A DNA stretch of 61,437 nucleotides, counting the filler. It is 4 parts of 4 records of this genome, joined end to end, with 100 filler letters (N's around TTAATTAATTAA, not from the genome) between each part and the next. Parts side by side here need not be neighbours in the genome. Positions count along the whole stretch, not along the records: positions 1 to 22,201 come from SRR20825010_1415; 3 more parts are not named here. The stretch is one strand, 5' to 3'. Positions 1 to 9,462 of this stretch are shown here, piece by piece. The notes beneath the pieces are model-generated. The model ran no database searches and had not been told where the DNA came from. It saw only the letters and a list, made by a program, of their open reading frames with translations. Position 1 is the first letter of the stretch. Each line of letters begins with the position of its first letter. Position numbers and translations under genes: made by a program.

Positions 1-30
1 TATTCATTATTCATTATTCATTATTCATTA
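1..30. repeat. Heptamer tandem repeat (TATTCAT)x4+TA overlapping the uvrC stop; cut by the window edge
   Basis: Read directly. The last uvrC codons (AAT GAA TAA) lie inside the repeat. Confidence 0.9.
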
Positions 31-1814
31 CTATAATATGTAATCAATTTCTTTGCTCTATTGTTACCCACAACTTCTGAAAGTTCTTCAAAAGTTGCTG
101 AGGCAATTCGTTTTGTACTTTTAAAATGTTTTAAAAGCTCAACAACTGTTTTTTCACCAATTCCTGGAATTGTTTCCAACTCTGTATTTAACGCTTGTTT
201 GCTTCGTTTACTTCTGTGAAAGGTAATTCCAAAGCGGTGCGCTTCGTTACGCAATTGCTGAATTATTTTTAAAGTTTCACTCTTTTTGTCTAAATAAAGT
301 GGAATAGGATCGTTCGGATAGAATAATTCTTCAAGACGTTTTGCAATTCCAACAATAGCAATTTTTCCACGCAATTCTAATTTATCTAAACTTTTTAAAG
401 CCGAAGAAAGCTGCCCCTTTCCTCCATCTATGATGATGAGTTGCGGCAATGGTTGCTCTTCTTCCAGCAATCTTTTATAGCGACGGTAAACCACTTCTTC
501 CATAGACGCATAATCATCTGGTCCTTCCACTGTTTTAATATTAAACTTACGGTATTCTTTCTTGCTTGGTTTTCCGTTTCTAAAAACTACACAGGCCGCC
601 ACAGGGTTGGTTCCTTGAATATTACTATTATCGAAACACTCTATATGCTTTGGCTCTTCTGAAAGGCGAAGGTCTTTTTTCATCTGTGCCATAATTCGTT
701 TTTCATGGCGTTCTGGATCTACAATTTTAGCTTGTTTAAATTTTTCCATTCTAAAATATTTCGCATTCCTTTCAGAAAGATCTAAAATTGCTTTTTTATC
801 ACCTAGCTTCGGAATATGTACTTTTACTTCCTCGCCCATTTCCACTTCAAAAGGAACATAAATTTCATTCGAAAGTGAATTAAACCGCTGTCGAAGTTCC
901 ACAATTGCTAGTTGCAGTAATTCTTCATTCGTTTCATCGAGTTTTTTCTTTATTTCTAGGGTATGCGAACGAATAATGGCGCCATGTGAAAGTTGTAAAA
1001 AATTGATATACGCATAACTTTCATCTGAAATTATTGAAAAAACATCTACATTATTAATCTTCGGATTTACCACAGTAGATTTAGACTGATAATTCTCTAA
1101 AACAGTAATTTTTTCCTTTACCCGCTGTGCTTCTTCAAATTTTAAGTCTGCAGCAAACGCCTTCATTTGGTTTTTAAATTTGTACAGCGAATCTTTAAAA
1201 TTTCCCTTTACAATATTTCGAATTGCTTCAATGTTTTCGTGATATTCCTTTTCAGAATAAAAGCCTTCACACGGGCCAGCACAATTTCCCAAATGGTATT
1301 CTAAACACACTTTATATTTATCTGCCCTAATTTTTTCTTCGGAAAGATCATAATTACAAGTACGCAGTTGATACAAGCCTTTAATCAAATCGAGTAAGGT
1401 ATGCACCGTTTTCATGCTTGTGTAAGGTCCAAAATATTCGGAACCGTCTTTAATCATTCTACGTGTAGGAAAAACTCTTGGAAACCGTTCGTTTTTTATA
1501 CAAATCCACGGGTAGCTTTTATCGTCTTTAAGCAATACATTATATCGTGGCTGGTAATTTTTTATCAAATTATTTTCCAGCAATAACGCGTCCGTTTCTG
1601 TTTTGACGACGATATGCTTTATGGTATCAATTTTTTTTACAAGTATTCGGGTTTTACCATTATCTTGCGTTTTATTAAAGTAAGACGAAACTCTTTTTTT
1701 TAAATTTTTCGCCTTTCCCACATACAGCAGCTTCCCGTCTTTATCGTAATATTGATAAACGCCAGGTGAATCGGGAAGTGTAGAAATTTGGAGTGTTACC
1801 GAAGCATTAGCCAT
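21..1814 (-). CDS. uvrC: Excinuclease ABC subunit C
   Basis: GIY-YIG N-terminus (PGVYQY...YVGKAKNLKKRV), RNase H-like ECFDNS and DGGKGQ motifs, C-terminal HhH IPGIGEK. Confidence 0.98.
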   Translation of the reverse strand: MANASVTLQISTLPDSPGVYQYYDKDGKLLYVGKAKNLKKRVSSYFNKTQDNGKTRILVKKIDTIKHIVVKTETDALLLENNLIKNYQPRYNVLLKDDKSYPWICIKNERFPRVFPTRRMIKDGSEYFGPYTSMKTVHTLLDLIKGLYQLRTCNYDLSEEKIRADKYKVCLEYHLGNCAGPCEGFYSEKEYHENIEAIRNIVKGNFKDSLYKFKNQMKAFAADLKFEEAQRVKEKITVLENYQSKSTVVNPKINNVDVFSIISDESYAYINFLQLSHGAIIRSHTLEIKKKLDETNEELLQLAIVELRQRFNSLSNEIYVPFEVEMGEEVKVHIPKLGDKKAILDLSERNAKYFRMEKFKQAKIVDPERHEKRIMAQMKKDLRLSEEPKHIECFDNSNIQGTNPVAACVVFRNGKPSKKEYRKFNIKTVEGPDDYASMEEVVYRRYKRLLEEEQPLPQLIIIDGGKGQLSSALKSLDKLELRGKIAIVGIAKRLEELFYPNDPIPLYLDKKSETLKIIQQLRNEAHRFGITFHRSKRSKQALNTELETIPGIGEKTVVELLKHFKSTKRIASATFEELSEVVGNNRAKKLITYYSNE

Positions 1815-1950
1815 AGGCTCAAAGATACTTGATGTTTTGTTTTATACGGAATTTTTATTGCATCAAAATAGTTAATAAAGGGTTAAATACAGATTTTTAA
1901 AAAACCTTTCTACCCAACTTTACGTAGGTATAGAAACCAACTAAATATAA

Positions 1951-2361
1951 ATGTCCAAAAGCCATTTTTATTTTAAAAAGCATTTCGTGCTTTTTCTATC
2001 AGCGATATACCTGCTCAATCCATTGCAGGAATACCTCGTTGAATCGATGCATACTTTGTCTCATTTACTGATCTATTCCGAAAATTCACATCACGAAAAA
2101 GACCATCACATGGGCCATGAGTATACTCATGAACACAAGGTGGTTTCGTTTTTTTCAAAAATATTTTCTTCCAATGAAAAGACTAGTGATCATGATAGCA
2201 CACATTTTAATTACACCTTCGACACCCATTTTGCGCAAGCCTATCCAAAACTTGATTTCCACTTAAAAACTCCTATAAAACATATTTTTTCATACACCTT
2301 CCACTACTATACAAGTGTAAAAATTATCCCCACACCGCCTCCCGAAGTATTCTTTTCTTAA
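1951..2361 (+). CDS. His-rich membrane-anchored small protein with C-terminal PTPPP; candidate regulatory leader ORF for the downstream TonB receptor
   Basis: 136 aa, 17 His, N-terminal hydrophobic stretch, IIPTPPPEVFFS end, 161 bp upstream of the TBDR. Function is inferred. Confidence 0.7.
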   Translation: MSKSHFYFKKHFVLFLSAIYLLNPLQEYLVESMHTLSHLLIYSENSHHEKDHHMGHEYTHEHKVVSFFSKIFSSNEKTSDHDSTHFNYTFDTHFAQAYPKLDFHLKTPIKHIFSYTFHYYTSVKIIPTPPPEVFFS

Positions 2362-2522
2362 GCAAGCCGAAGTTTATTAAGAATTAATTTTGTTATAGCA
2401 TTTTGTGTTTTAGAAACTAACTGCCTTTAAAAACGGGGGGTTCTGAAGAATTTCTATAGGTGCGCATTTCAATTTTTAGATAAACTCACATCCTAGAATC
2501 AATAATTTTTAATCAATACCCT

Positions 2523-4745
2523 ATGAAAAGAATATTATTAGGGGTCTTGCTGCTATGCTTTAGTTTTGCGACATCGCAATCACTAAAAGGAAAAGTAGTT
2601 GGCCCAAACAACATACCCTTAGAAAATGTAGCTGTTTTTGACCAATCTTCTGGTAACCATACCCATACCGATGCAACAGGAAATTTTTCGCTTGAAAACA
2701 CTTCGGAAAACGACCAAATACGTTTTTCAATTTTAGGTTTTACAACAACTGAATACAAAGTATCCATAGCTAGTTTTAACGCACCTATTACCATAACTTT
2801 AAATGAAGCGGCAGTTTCTTTAGCACAAGTTACCATCACTCCTGAAGTTAATACGCTAAGTCAAATTTTAGCGGTCGACTTAAAAACCGCACCTGTTAAA
2901 TCCTCTCAAGAAATACTACGAAAAGTTCCTGGGCTTCTTATTGGGCAACACGCAGGTGGAGGAAAAGCAGAGCAATTGTTTTTGCGTGGTTTTGACATTG
3001 ACCACGGAACAGACATCAATCTTTCTGTTGATGGTATGCCAGTAAATATGGTATCACATGCGCATGGGCAAGGCTATAGTGATTTACATTTTTTAATTCC
3101 AGAAACTATTGAAGCAATTTCATTTGGTAAAGGCCCATACAATGCAGTTTATGGCGATTTTGCAACTGCAGGTTTTGTGAATTTTAAAACCCTAAACAAG
3201 CTTAAAAAAAGCTCTGTATCTATTGAATATGGTGAATTTGATTCGTTTAGAACTGTTGGTCTTTTTAACATCCTAGATTCTCCTACTAATAATGCATATG
3301 TTGCAGCATCCTTAAATACTTTTAATGGTCCGTTTGAATCGCCTCAAAATTTTAATCGGTTCAATATAATGGCAAAATACAATTTGAATCTTCCAAACCA
3401 ACAAAAACTTAGTTTAACAGCATCGCATTTTCAAAGCAAATGGGACGCTTCAGGACAAGTGCCTCAGCGCGCTATAGACTCTGGAACAATTACCCGATTT
3501 GGCGCCATAGACGCTACTGAAGGCGGAAACACAAGCCGCACGAATTTGCTTATTAATCATTCGAAAATGCTTTCAGACAATGAAAAACTAGAGACCCGTG
3601 CTTACATAACAAAGTATGATTTTGAGCTATTTTCAAACTTTACTTTTTATTTAGATGATGCAATTAATGGTGACCAAATTGCCCAACAAGAGGACCGTAC
3701 AATTTTAGGTTTTCAAACAGCATACACAAACAAAAACAGCGATAGCAAACAAGGTATTGAATACACTGCCGGATTGGGAATGCGTTATGACGATGTTAAT
3801 GAAATAGCACTTTCCCATACTAAAAACAGGTATGAACTTTTAGACCGATTGGCATATGGAAATGTAGATCAGATAAACACTTATGCTTTTTTAAATACCT
3901 CATTTAAGTTGGGCGATTTAAAAATTAACCCAGCACTTCGGCTTGATTATTTTAAGTTTGATTATGAAAATAAATTATCCGCGATTTATGATAATAAAAG
4001 TGAGGCAAAGGTTTTTGCAAGCCCAAAATTAAATTTTATTTATAGTCCAAATCGTGATTTTCAGCTCTTTCTTAAAACTGGAATTGGTTTTCATTCAAAC
4101 GACACCCGCGTCGTAGTTGCTAATAATGGCAAAACAATTTTACCTGCTGCTTATGGTGCAGATTTAGGTGGAATTTATAAATTAACCGACAACCTTATTG
4201 TAAACACTGCTTTTTGGGCATTATTCTTAGAACAAGAATTTGTGTATGTTGGCGACGCTGGAATTGTAGAGCCAAGTGGCAAAACAAAAAGGCTAGGTGT
4301 AGATTTTGGCTTTCGATATGAAGCTATGCCTTGGTTGTATTTTTATGGAGATCTAAACTATACCTATGCGCGAAGTACAGAAGAAGTTAGTGGAATGGAT
4401 TACATTCCTCTTGCACCAGATTTAACAACTACAGGAGGAATTGCAGTAGAAAATATTGGTAATTTTTCTGGAGGATTAAATTACCGTTATCTAAATGATA
4501 GAGCGGCAAATGAAGACAATAGTATTATTGCTAAAGGTTATTTTGTAACCGATTTCAATATAAACTATACGTATAGAAATTTTGTTTTTGGAATAATTAT
4601 TGAAAATATACTAGATACCGAGTGGAATGAAACCCAATTTGCTACGGAAAGTAGACTGTTTAATGAAGTTGATGCTGTTGAAGAAATACATTTTACACCT
4701 GGAACTCCATTTTTCCTTAGAGGAAAGGTAACCGTAAATTTTTAA
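2523..4745 (+). CDS. TonB-dependent receptor, probably for metal uptake
   Basis: Signal peptide, carboxypeptidase-regulatory-like N-domain, plug with LRGFD and NMVSHAHGQGY, C-terminal Phe (KVTVNF). Confidence 0.9.
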   Translation: MKRILLGVLLLCFSFATSQSLKGKVVGPNNIPLENVAVFDQSSGNHTHTDATGNFSLENTSENDQIRFSILGFTTTEYKVSIASFNAPITITLNEAAVSLAQVTITPEVNTLSQILAVDLKTAPVKSSQEILRKVPGLLIGQHAGGGKAEQLFLRGFDIDHGTDINLSVDGMPVNMVSHAHGQGYSDLHFLIPETIEAISFGKGPYNAVYGDFATAGFVNFKTLNKLKKSSVSIEYGEFDSFRTVGLFNILDSPTNNAYVAASLNTFNGPFESPQNFNRFNIMAKYNLNLPNQQKLSLTASHFQSKWDASGQVPQRAIDSGTITRFGAIDATEGGNTSRTNLLINHSKMLSDNEKLETRAYITKYDFELFSNFTFYLDDAINGDQIAQQEDRTILGFQTAYTNKNSDSKQGIEYTAGLGMRYDDVNEIALSHTKNRYELLDRLAYGNVDQINTYAFLNTSFKLGDLKINPALRLDYFKFDYENKLSAIYDNKSEAKVFASPKLNFIYSPNRDFQLFLKTGIGFHSNDTRVVVANNGKTILPAAYGADLGGIYKLTDNLIVNTAFWALFLEQEFVYVGDAGIVEPSGKTKRLGVDFGFRYEAMPWLYFYGDLNYTYARSTEEVSGMDYIPLAPDLTTTGGIAVENIGNFSGGLNYRYLNDRAANEDNSIIAKGYFVTDFNINYTYRNFVFGIIIENILDTEWNETQFATESRLFNEVDAVEEIHFTPGTPFFLRGKVTVNF

Positions 4746-4802
4746 CTAATGGCTTTATAGGCAATGTTCTTTTTGGTTAAATTGCACTACCAATAACCAA
4801 CT

Positions 4803-5678
4803 ATGAACATTGCCATTTTATCGCGTGGAGAAACATTGTATTCCACTAAAAGTCTTTTAAATGCTGGTGAAGCTCGAAACCACAACATGGAAGTTTTAGA
4901 CCCTTCCCTTTGCTCGCTTGCCATTGAAAACGGAAAAGCTGTTTTGTATTTTCAAGATGAATTGGTTGATGATCTAGACGCAATTATTCCACGTATTGGT
5001 GCTTCCAACACCTATTTTGGAACCACGGTTGTTCGTCATTTTGAAGCTATGGGAGTTTTTTCAGTAGTTTCTTCGGAAGGGATAACTAACAGCCGCGATA
5101 AATGGACTTGTTTTCAAATACTTTCCAAACATCATATTCCCGTTCCAAGGACGCTTTATGCTTCTTTTTATGAATTTGAAGAACAATTAAAAACATTTAA
5201 AGACAAACCCATAATCATAAAACTTTTGGAAGGCACGCATGGCGAAGGTGTTATTCTTACTGAAAATCCTCAAAATGCTTTAGCAACCATTGAAACCTTA
5301 AACGCTGCTGGCGTAAAATTTTTATTGCAAGAATTTATTGAAGAAGCCAAAGGCGCAGACATTCGTGCTATTGTGGTTGATGGCGTTGTTGTTGCAGCTA
5401 TGAAAAGAAAATCTAAAGCGGGTGAATTTAGAAGTAATCTGCATCGTGGTGGTACTTCTGAATTAATTGAACTTACTGCAACCGAAGAAAAAATTGCGCT
5501 AAAAGCTGCAAAAGCAATGGGTCTTGGTTTTTGTGGAATTGATATGCTTCAATCAAAAAATGGACCCTTGGTTTTAGAAATTAACAGCACTCCAGGACTC
5601 GAAGGTATTGAAAATACTTCTGGAAGAAATGTTTCAAAAAGTGTAATTGGGTATATTGAAAGGAATCGTAAAAAGTAG
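4803..5678 (+). CDS. rimK: RimK-family ATP-grasp alpha-L-glutamate ligase, paralog 1
   Basis: [43 protein letters not shown]. Confidence 0.88.
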   Translation: MNIAILSRGETLYSTKSLLNAGEARNHNMEVLDPSLCSLAIENGKAVLYFQDELVDDLDAIIPRIGASNTYFGTTVVRHFEAMGVFSVVSSEGITNSRDKWTCFQILSKHHIPVPRTLYASFYEFEEQLKTFKDKPIIIKLLEGTHGEGVILTENPQNALATIETLNAAGVKFLLQEFIEEAKGADIRAIVVDGVVVAAMKRKSKAGEFRSNLHRGGTSELIELTATEEKIALKAAKAMGLGFCGIDMLQSKNGPLVLEINSTPGLEGIENTSGRNVSKSVIGYIERNRKK

Positions 5679-5818
5679 TAGTTTTTATTGTAGCTGGCGA
5701 TAATTTTTTGCATTAGCCCATTATTCATTGCATACGCCAATTAATAATTTGAAATATCTAATTTGTAATTTCGATTTTAATTTCGATTTCATACCTTGCG
5801 TTTACAAATCCTTAAACA

Positions 5819-6244
5819 TTGAAAAGAAACATCGGCAGAATAGACAAAGCAGATTTCCCCTTGCTAAATTTATTCGACATTGAAGTGAAAGTTGATACTG
5901 GAGCGTATACGTCATCCATACATTGCAAAAATATGACCGTTGAGGATAATTATTTGAAATGTATTTTTCTGGACGAAGAGCATCCCAATTATCACGAAAA
6001 GGAAATTATTTTTGACGAATATGATGTGAAGGTTGTGAAAAGCAGCAACGGACAATCTGAAGCGCGTTATAGAATAAAAACCGAGATTTTACTTTTCGGT
6101 GAAACACAAGAAATATATTTAACATTGAGCGATCGCGAAGAAATGCGTTTTCCAGTGCTTTTGGGAAGAAGCTTTTTAAGCAAAAAATATATTGTAGATA
6201 TAAACAAAACAAACCTTTCCTTTAAATTAAAAACTAAAAAATGA
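5819..6244 (+). CDS. RimK-associated retropepsin-like peptidase (the 'ATP-dependent zinc protease'/RimB-like family)
   Basis: [12 protein letters not shown] and [15 protein letters not shown] motifs; TTG start; overlaps the next rimK start. Confidence 0.88.
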   Translation: MKRNIGRIDKADFPLLNLFDIEVKVDTGAYTSSIHCKNMTVEDNYLKCIFLDEEHPNYHEKEIIFDEYDVKVVKSSNGQSEARYRIKTEILLFGETQEIYLTLSDREEMRFPVLLGRSFLSKKYIVDINKTNLSFKLKTKK

Positions 6245-7113
6245 ATATCAAGATCTTATCGGCGAACGCAAATTTATATTCTACAAAACGCCTTATAGAA
6301 GCTGCAAAGAGCAGAAAGCACAATGTGGAGGTTATAAACCACGCAAAGTGTGATATTGTAATTGAAAAGAAAAATCCGGTAATTTATTATAAAGGTCATA
6401 AGTTAGACCATACCGATGCCGTAATACCACGTATTGGAGCTTCCGTTACCTTTTATGGAACTGCCGTAGTTCGCCAGTTTGAAATGATGCGTGTTTTTAC
6501 CACCACAGAATCTCAAGCCTTGGTTCGCTCACGCGATAAGTTGCGAAGCTTACAGGTACTTTCACGAGCGGGATTGGGGTTGCCAAAAACTGTTTTTACC
6601 AATTATTCAAAAAACGTAAAAGAAATTGTAGACCAAGCTGGTGGAGCCCCAGTAATCATTAAACTTTTGGAAGGAACACAAGGTATTGGCGTTATTTTGG
6701 CAGAAACACGAAAAGCTGCAGAATCTGTAATTGAAGCTTTCAATAATTTGCAAGCACGTGTAATTGTTCAAGAGTTTATTAAGGAAGCTGGCGGAGCAGA
6801 TATTCGTGCTTTTATTGTTGATGGGCAAGTAATTGGTGCAATGAAGCGACAAGGAAAGGAAGGCGAGTTTAGAAGTAATTTACACCGCGGCGGTACTGCT
6901 ACCGTTATAAAACTCACCGATGAAGAAGAAACTGCAGCCCTAAAAGCTGCAAAAGCAATGGGCTTAGGTATTGCTGGAGTAGATATGCTACAATCTGCAC
7001 GTGGCCCGCTAATTCTGGAAGTAAATTCGTCTCCTGGTTTGGAGGGAATTGAACAAGCCACAGGTAAAGACATTGCAAACTCCATCATAAAATACATTGA
7101 ACGCAACATATAA
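6241..7113 (+). CDS. rimK: RimK-family alpha-L-glutamate ligase, paralog 2 (closer to canonical RimK)
   Basis: [53 protein letters not shown]. Confidence 0.95.
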   Translation: MNIKILSANANLYSTKRLIEAAKSRKHNVEVINHAKCDIVIEKKNPVIYYKGHKLDHTDAVIPRIGASVTFYGTAVVRQFEMMRVFTTTESQALVRSRDKLRSLQVLSRAGLGLPKTVFTNYSKNVKEIVDQAGGAPVIIKLLEGTQGIGVILAETRKAAESVIEAFNNLQARVIVQEFIKEAGGADIRAFIVDGQVIGAMKRQGKEGEFRSNLHRGGTATVIKLTDEEETAALKAAKAMGLGIAGVDMLQSARGPLILEVNSSPGLEGIEQATGKDIANSIIKYIERNI

Positions 7114-7115
7114 CT

Positions 7116-8117
7116 ATGGCCAAAAAAGAAGAACGCGATATTATAATTTTAAATGAGCGCATTGCGCTGGGTGAAAGCAAAACGATAGATTTTAGCATTG
7201 CGAAGCTATATACATCTACAAATGTTGAAATTCCAATTATAATTGAACGTGCTTCAATACCAGGACCAACTATTTTAATTACCGCTGCTATTCATGGAGA
7301 TGAAATAAACGGCGTGGAAATAGTTAGACAGCTTATAGCCAGAAAGTTAAACAAACCCAAGCGTGGAACCATCATTTGTATCCCCATTCTAAATGTTTTT
7401 GGTTTTCTAAACGGAGATCGATCTTTCCCAGACGGAAGGGATTTAAACAGAGTTTTTCCAGGAACCAAAACGGGCTCATTAGCGAGTAGGGTTGCGTATT
7501 ATTTCAGTAAAAAAATATTGCCACACGCAGATTATTGCCTCGATTTTCATACGGGTGGCGCAAGCAGATTCAATGCCGCGCAGATTAGAATAAAACCCGG
7601 TGATGAAAAATTACTTGAACTCGCAAAAGTGTTTAATGCCCCTTTTACGGTTTATTCAAATACCATTGAAAAATCCTACCGAAAAACATGTCAAAAAATG
7701 GGGATTCCCATTCTTCTTTTTGAAGGTGGAAAAAGCCGTGAAAGCAACAAACATATAGTAAAAGAAGGTGTTGATGGAATCCTTCGCGTGTTAAAACATT
7801 TAGATATGCTAGGCATAAAACATAGTGCCCCAGAACCGCAATCTAAAACAGTTATTATTGAAAAAAGCAAATGGATACGCGCTTTCAAAAGTGGATTACT
7901 TCACGTAAAAATTGAGTGCAACAAACATGTTGAAAGAGGAGAGTTTCTTGCTACAATTACTGACCCTTATGGCAAAATGAGATTTAAAGTTACAGCTCCA
8001 AATGAAGGCTATATTATTAATGTAAATCAATCTCCAATTGTAAATCAGGGGGATGCTATTTTTCATATTTCAACCATAAATACAACGAATGTTGAAGATG
8101 AAGAAAGAGAAGACTAA
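7116..8117 (+). CDS. Succinylglutamate desuccinylase/aspartoacylase family (M14) metallohydrolase
   Basis: HGDEING, DLNRVFPG, DFHTG, EGG motifs; acidic tail VEDEERED. Confidence 0.92.
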   Translation: MAKKEERDIIILNERIALGESKTIDFSIAKLYTSTNVEIPIIIERASIPGPTILITAAIHGDEINGVEIVRQLIARKLNKPKRGTIICIPILNVFGFLNGDRSFPDGRDLNRVFPGTKTGSLASRVAYYFSKKILPHADYCLDFHTGGASRFNAAQIRIKPGDEKLLELAKVFNAPFTVYSNTIEKSYRKTCQKMGIPILLFEGGKSRESNKHIVKEGVDGILRVLKHLDMLGIKHSAPEPQSKTVIIEKSKWIRAFKSGLLHVKIECNKHVERGEFLATITDPYGKMRFKVTAPNEGYIINVNQSPIVNQGDAIFHISTINTTNVEDEERED

Positions 8118-8156
8118 AAGGATTTTTAATTAACGATTGCTGATTTTTGAAGTAAT

Positions 8157-8720
8157 ATGGCTGAAAAGCAGACCCTACGAATAAAATATAAAAAACTACG
8201 CGAAAATCTTTCTGAGGAAGCTATTGAAGAAATGAGCCTTCAGATTGCAAACCAAGCTCTAAAACTTCCAATTTGGGAAAAAACCTATTATCATATTTTT
8301 CTACCTATTTCAGATAAAAAAGAAGTAAATACAGACTATCTGATGCATATTTTACAAGGAAAAGATAAGAGCATTGTGGTTTCAAAAGCAGATTTTACTT
8401 CGGGGGAAATGATTCATTTTTTATTACAAGAAAACACTTTTTTAAAAACTTCAGAATATGGAATACCTGAACCCGTTTCAGGAATTGAAATTGCTCCAGA
8501 AATAATAGATGTGGTTTTTGTACCTCTTTTAGCATATAGTAAAAATGGTCACCGTGTGGGTTACGGAAAAGGGTTTTACGATCGCTTTTTAGAAAAATGC
8601 AACCCAAATAGCTTATTTATAGGACTTTCATTTTTTGAACCAGAGCCAGAAATTGAGAATCAGCAAACGGATATTCCTTTAAATTTTTGTATCACTCCAA
8701 AAAAAATAATGGCTTTTTAA
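8157..8720 (+). CDS. 5-formyltetrahydrofolate cyclo-ligase
   Basis: YGIPEP, DVVFVPLLA, RVGYGKGFYDRFL. Confidence 0.95.
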   Translation: MAEKQTLRIKYKKLRENLSEEAIEEMSLQIANQALKLPIWEKTYYHIFLPISDKKEVNTDYLMHILQGKDKSIVVSKADFTSGEMIHFLLQENTFLKTSEYGIPEPVSGIEIAPEIIDVVFVPLLAYSKNGHRVGYGKGFYDRFLEKCNPNSLFIGLSFFEPEPEIENQQTDIPLNFCITPKKIMAF

Positions 8721-8774
8721 AATATCCCCTTATCTTTATAAAATCTAAAACAGTATTAACCAATCAAATAAAAA

Positions 8775-9065
8775 ATGGAAACAACTAACAATCAACCAAT
8801 GGGAACTCCGCCAGACAATAATTTGGTTTGGGCAATTCTTTGTACAGTTTTATGCTGTCTACCTTTAGGAATCGTATCTATAATTAAAGCAACTAAAGTA
8901 AAAGAACTTTGGGCTCTTGGCGATACTGTAGGCGCTCAAAAAGCAGCCGATGATGCTAAAAAATGGGCACTTTGGGGTGCTGGAATTTCAGTAATTGGAA
9001 TAATACTTTATATAATATTAGTTGTAGTTATTGGGTTAGGTGGTGCTTTCGCAGGAAACTATTAA
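8775..9065 (+). CDS. CD225/dispanin family membrane protein
   Basis: PPDNNLVWAILCTVLCCLPLGIVSI...A..AKKW plus a second TM helix. Confidence 0.9.
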   Translation: METTNNQPMGTPPDNNLVWAILCTVLCCLPLGIVSIIKATKVKELWALGDTVGAQKAADDAKKWALWGAGISVIGIILYIILVVVIGLGGAFAGNY

Positions 9066-9462
9066 ATTATTAAAAATAGCCCTCATAGCAGCTATGCTTG
9101 GGGGTTTTGTTTTTATTTATTACTGGTACAATCCTTCCACTACATTATTTATTCCATGCCCGTTTCATTATCTAACTGGATTTCACTGCCCAGGTTGCGG
9201 TTCACAACGCGCAATACATTTGTTGTTACACGGAGATATTCTTGGAGCTTTTCGGTTTAACCCACTGATGGTACTCACTTTACCCATATTAATTTATGGA
9301 TTGGTAATTACCGTTGCCAATTGGATATTTGGCACCAGCTATAGGCTTATGCTTTTTTATAGCAAAGTCTTTATTTTCGGGTATTTCGGGTTGGCAATTT
9401 TGTATTGGATACTTCGGAATATACCGCTATACCCTTTTAATTTACTTGCGCCTACGGGTTGA
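9040..9462 (+). CDS. DUF2752 membrane protein (start uncertain)
   Basis: CPFHYLTGFHCPGCGSQRA, FNPL and C-terminal ILRN motifs. Confidence 0.88.
   Translation: MVLSQETIKLLKIALIAAMLGGFVFIYYWYNPSTTLFIPCPFHYLTGFHCPGCGSQRAIHLLLHGDILGAFRFNPLMVLTLPILIYGLVITVANWIFGTSYRLMLFYSKVFIFGYFGLAILYWILRNIPLYPFNLLAPTG

Noticed and set aside
2362-2522. Cobalamin or other riboswitch ahead of the TonB receptor
   Set aside because: No recognisable conserved riboswitch core by eye; an Rfam/Infernal scan would be needed to exclude one fully.
5695-5712. TGGCGA...TTGCA as a sigma-54 promoter before the peptidase-rimK2 genes
   Set aside because: The GG-to-GC spacing is 12 nt instead of the required 10.
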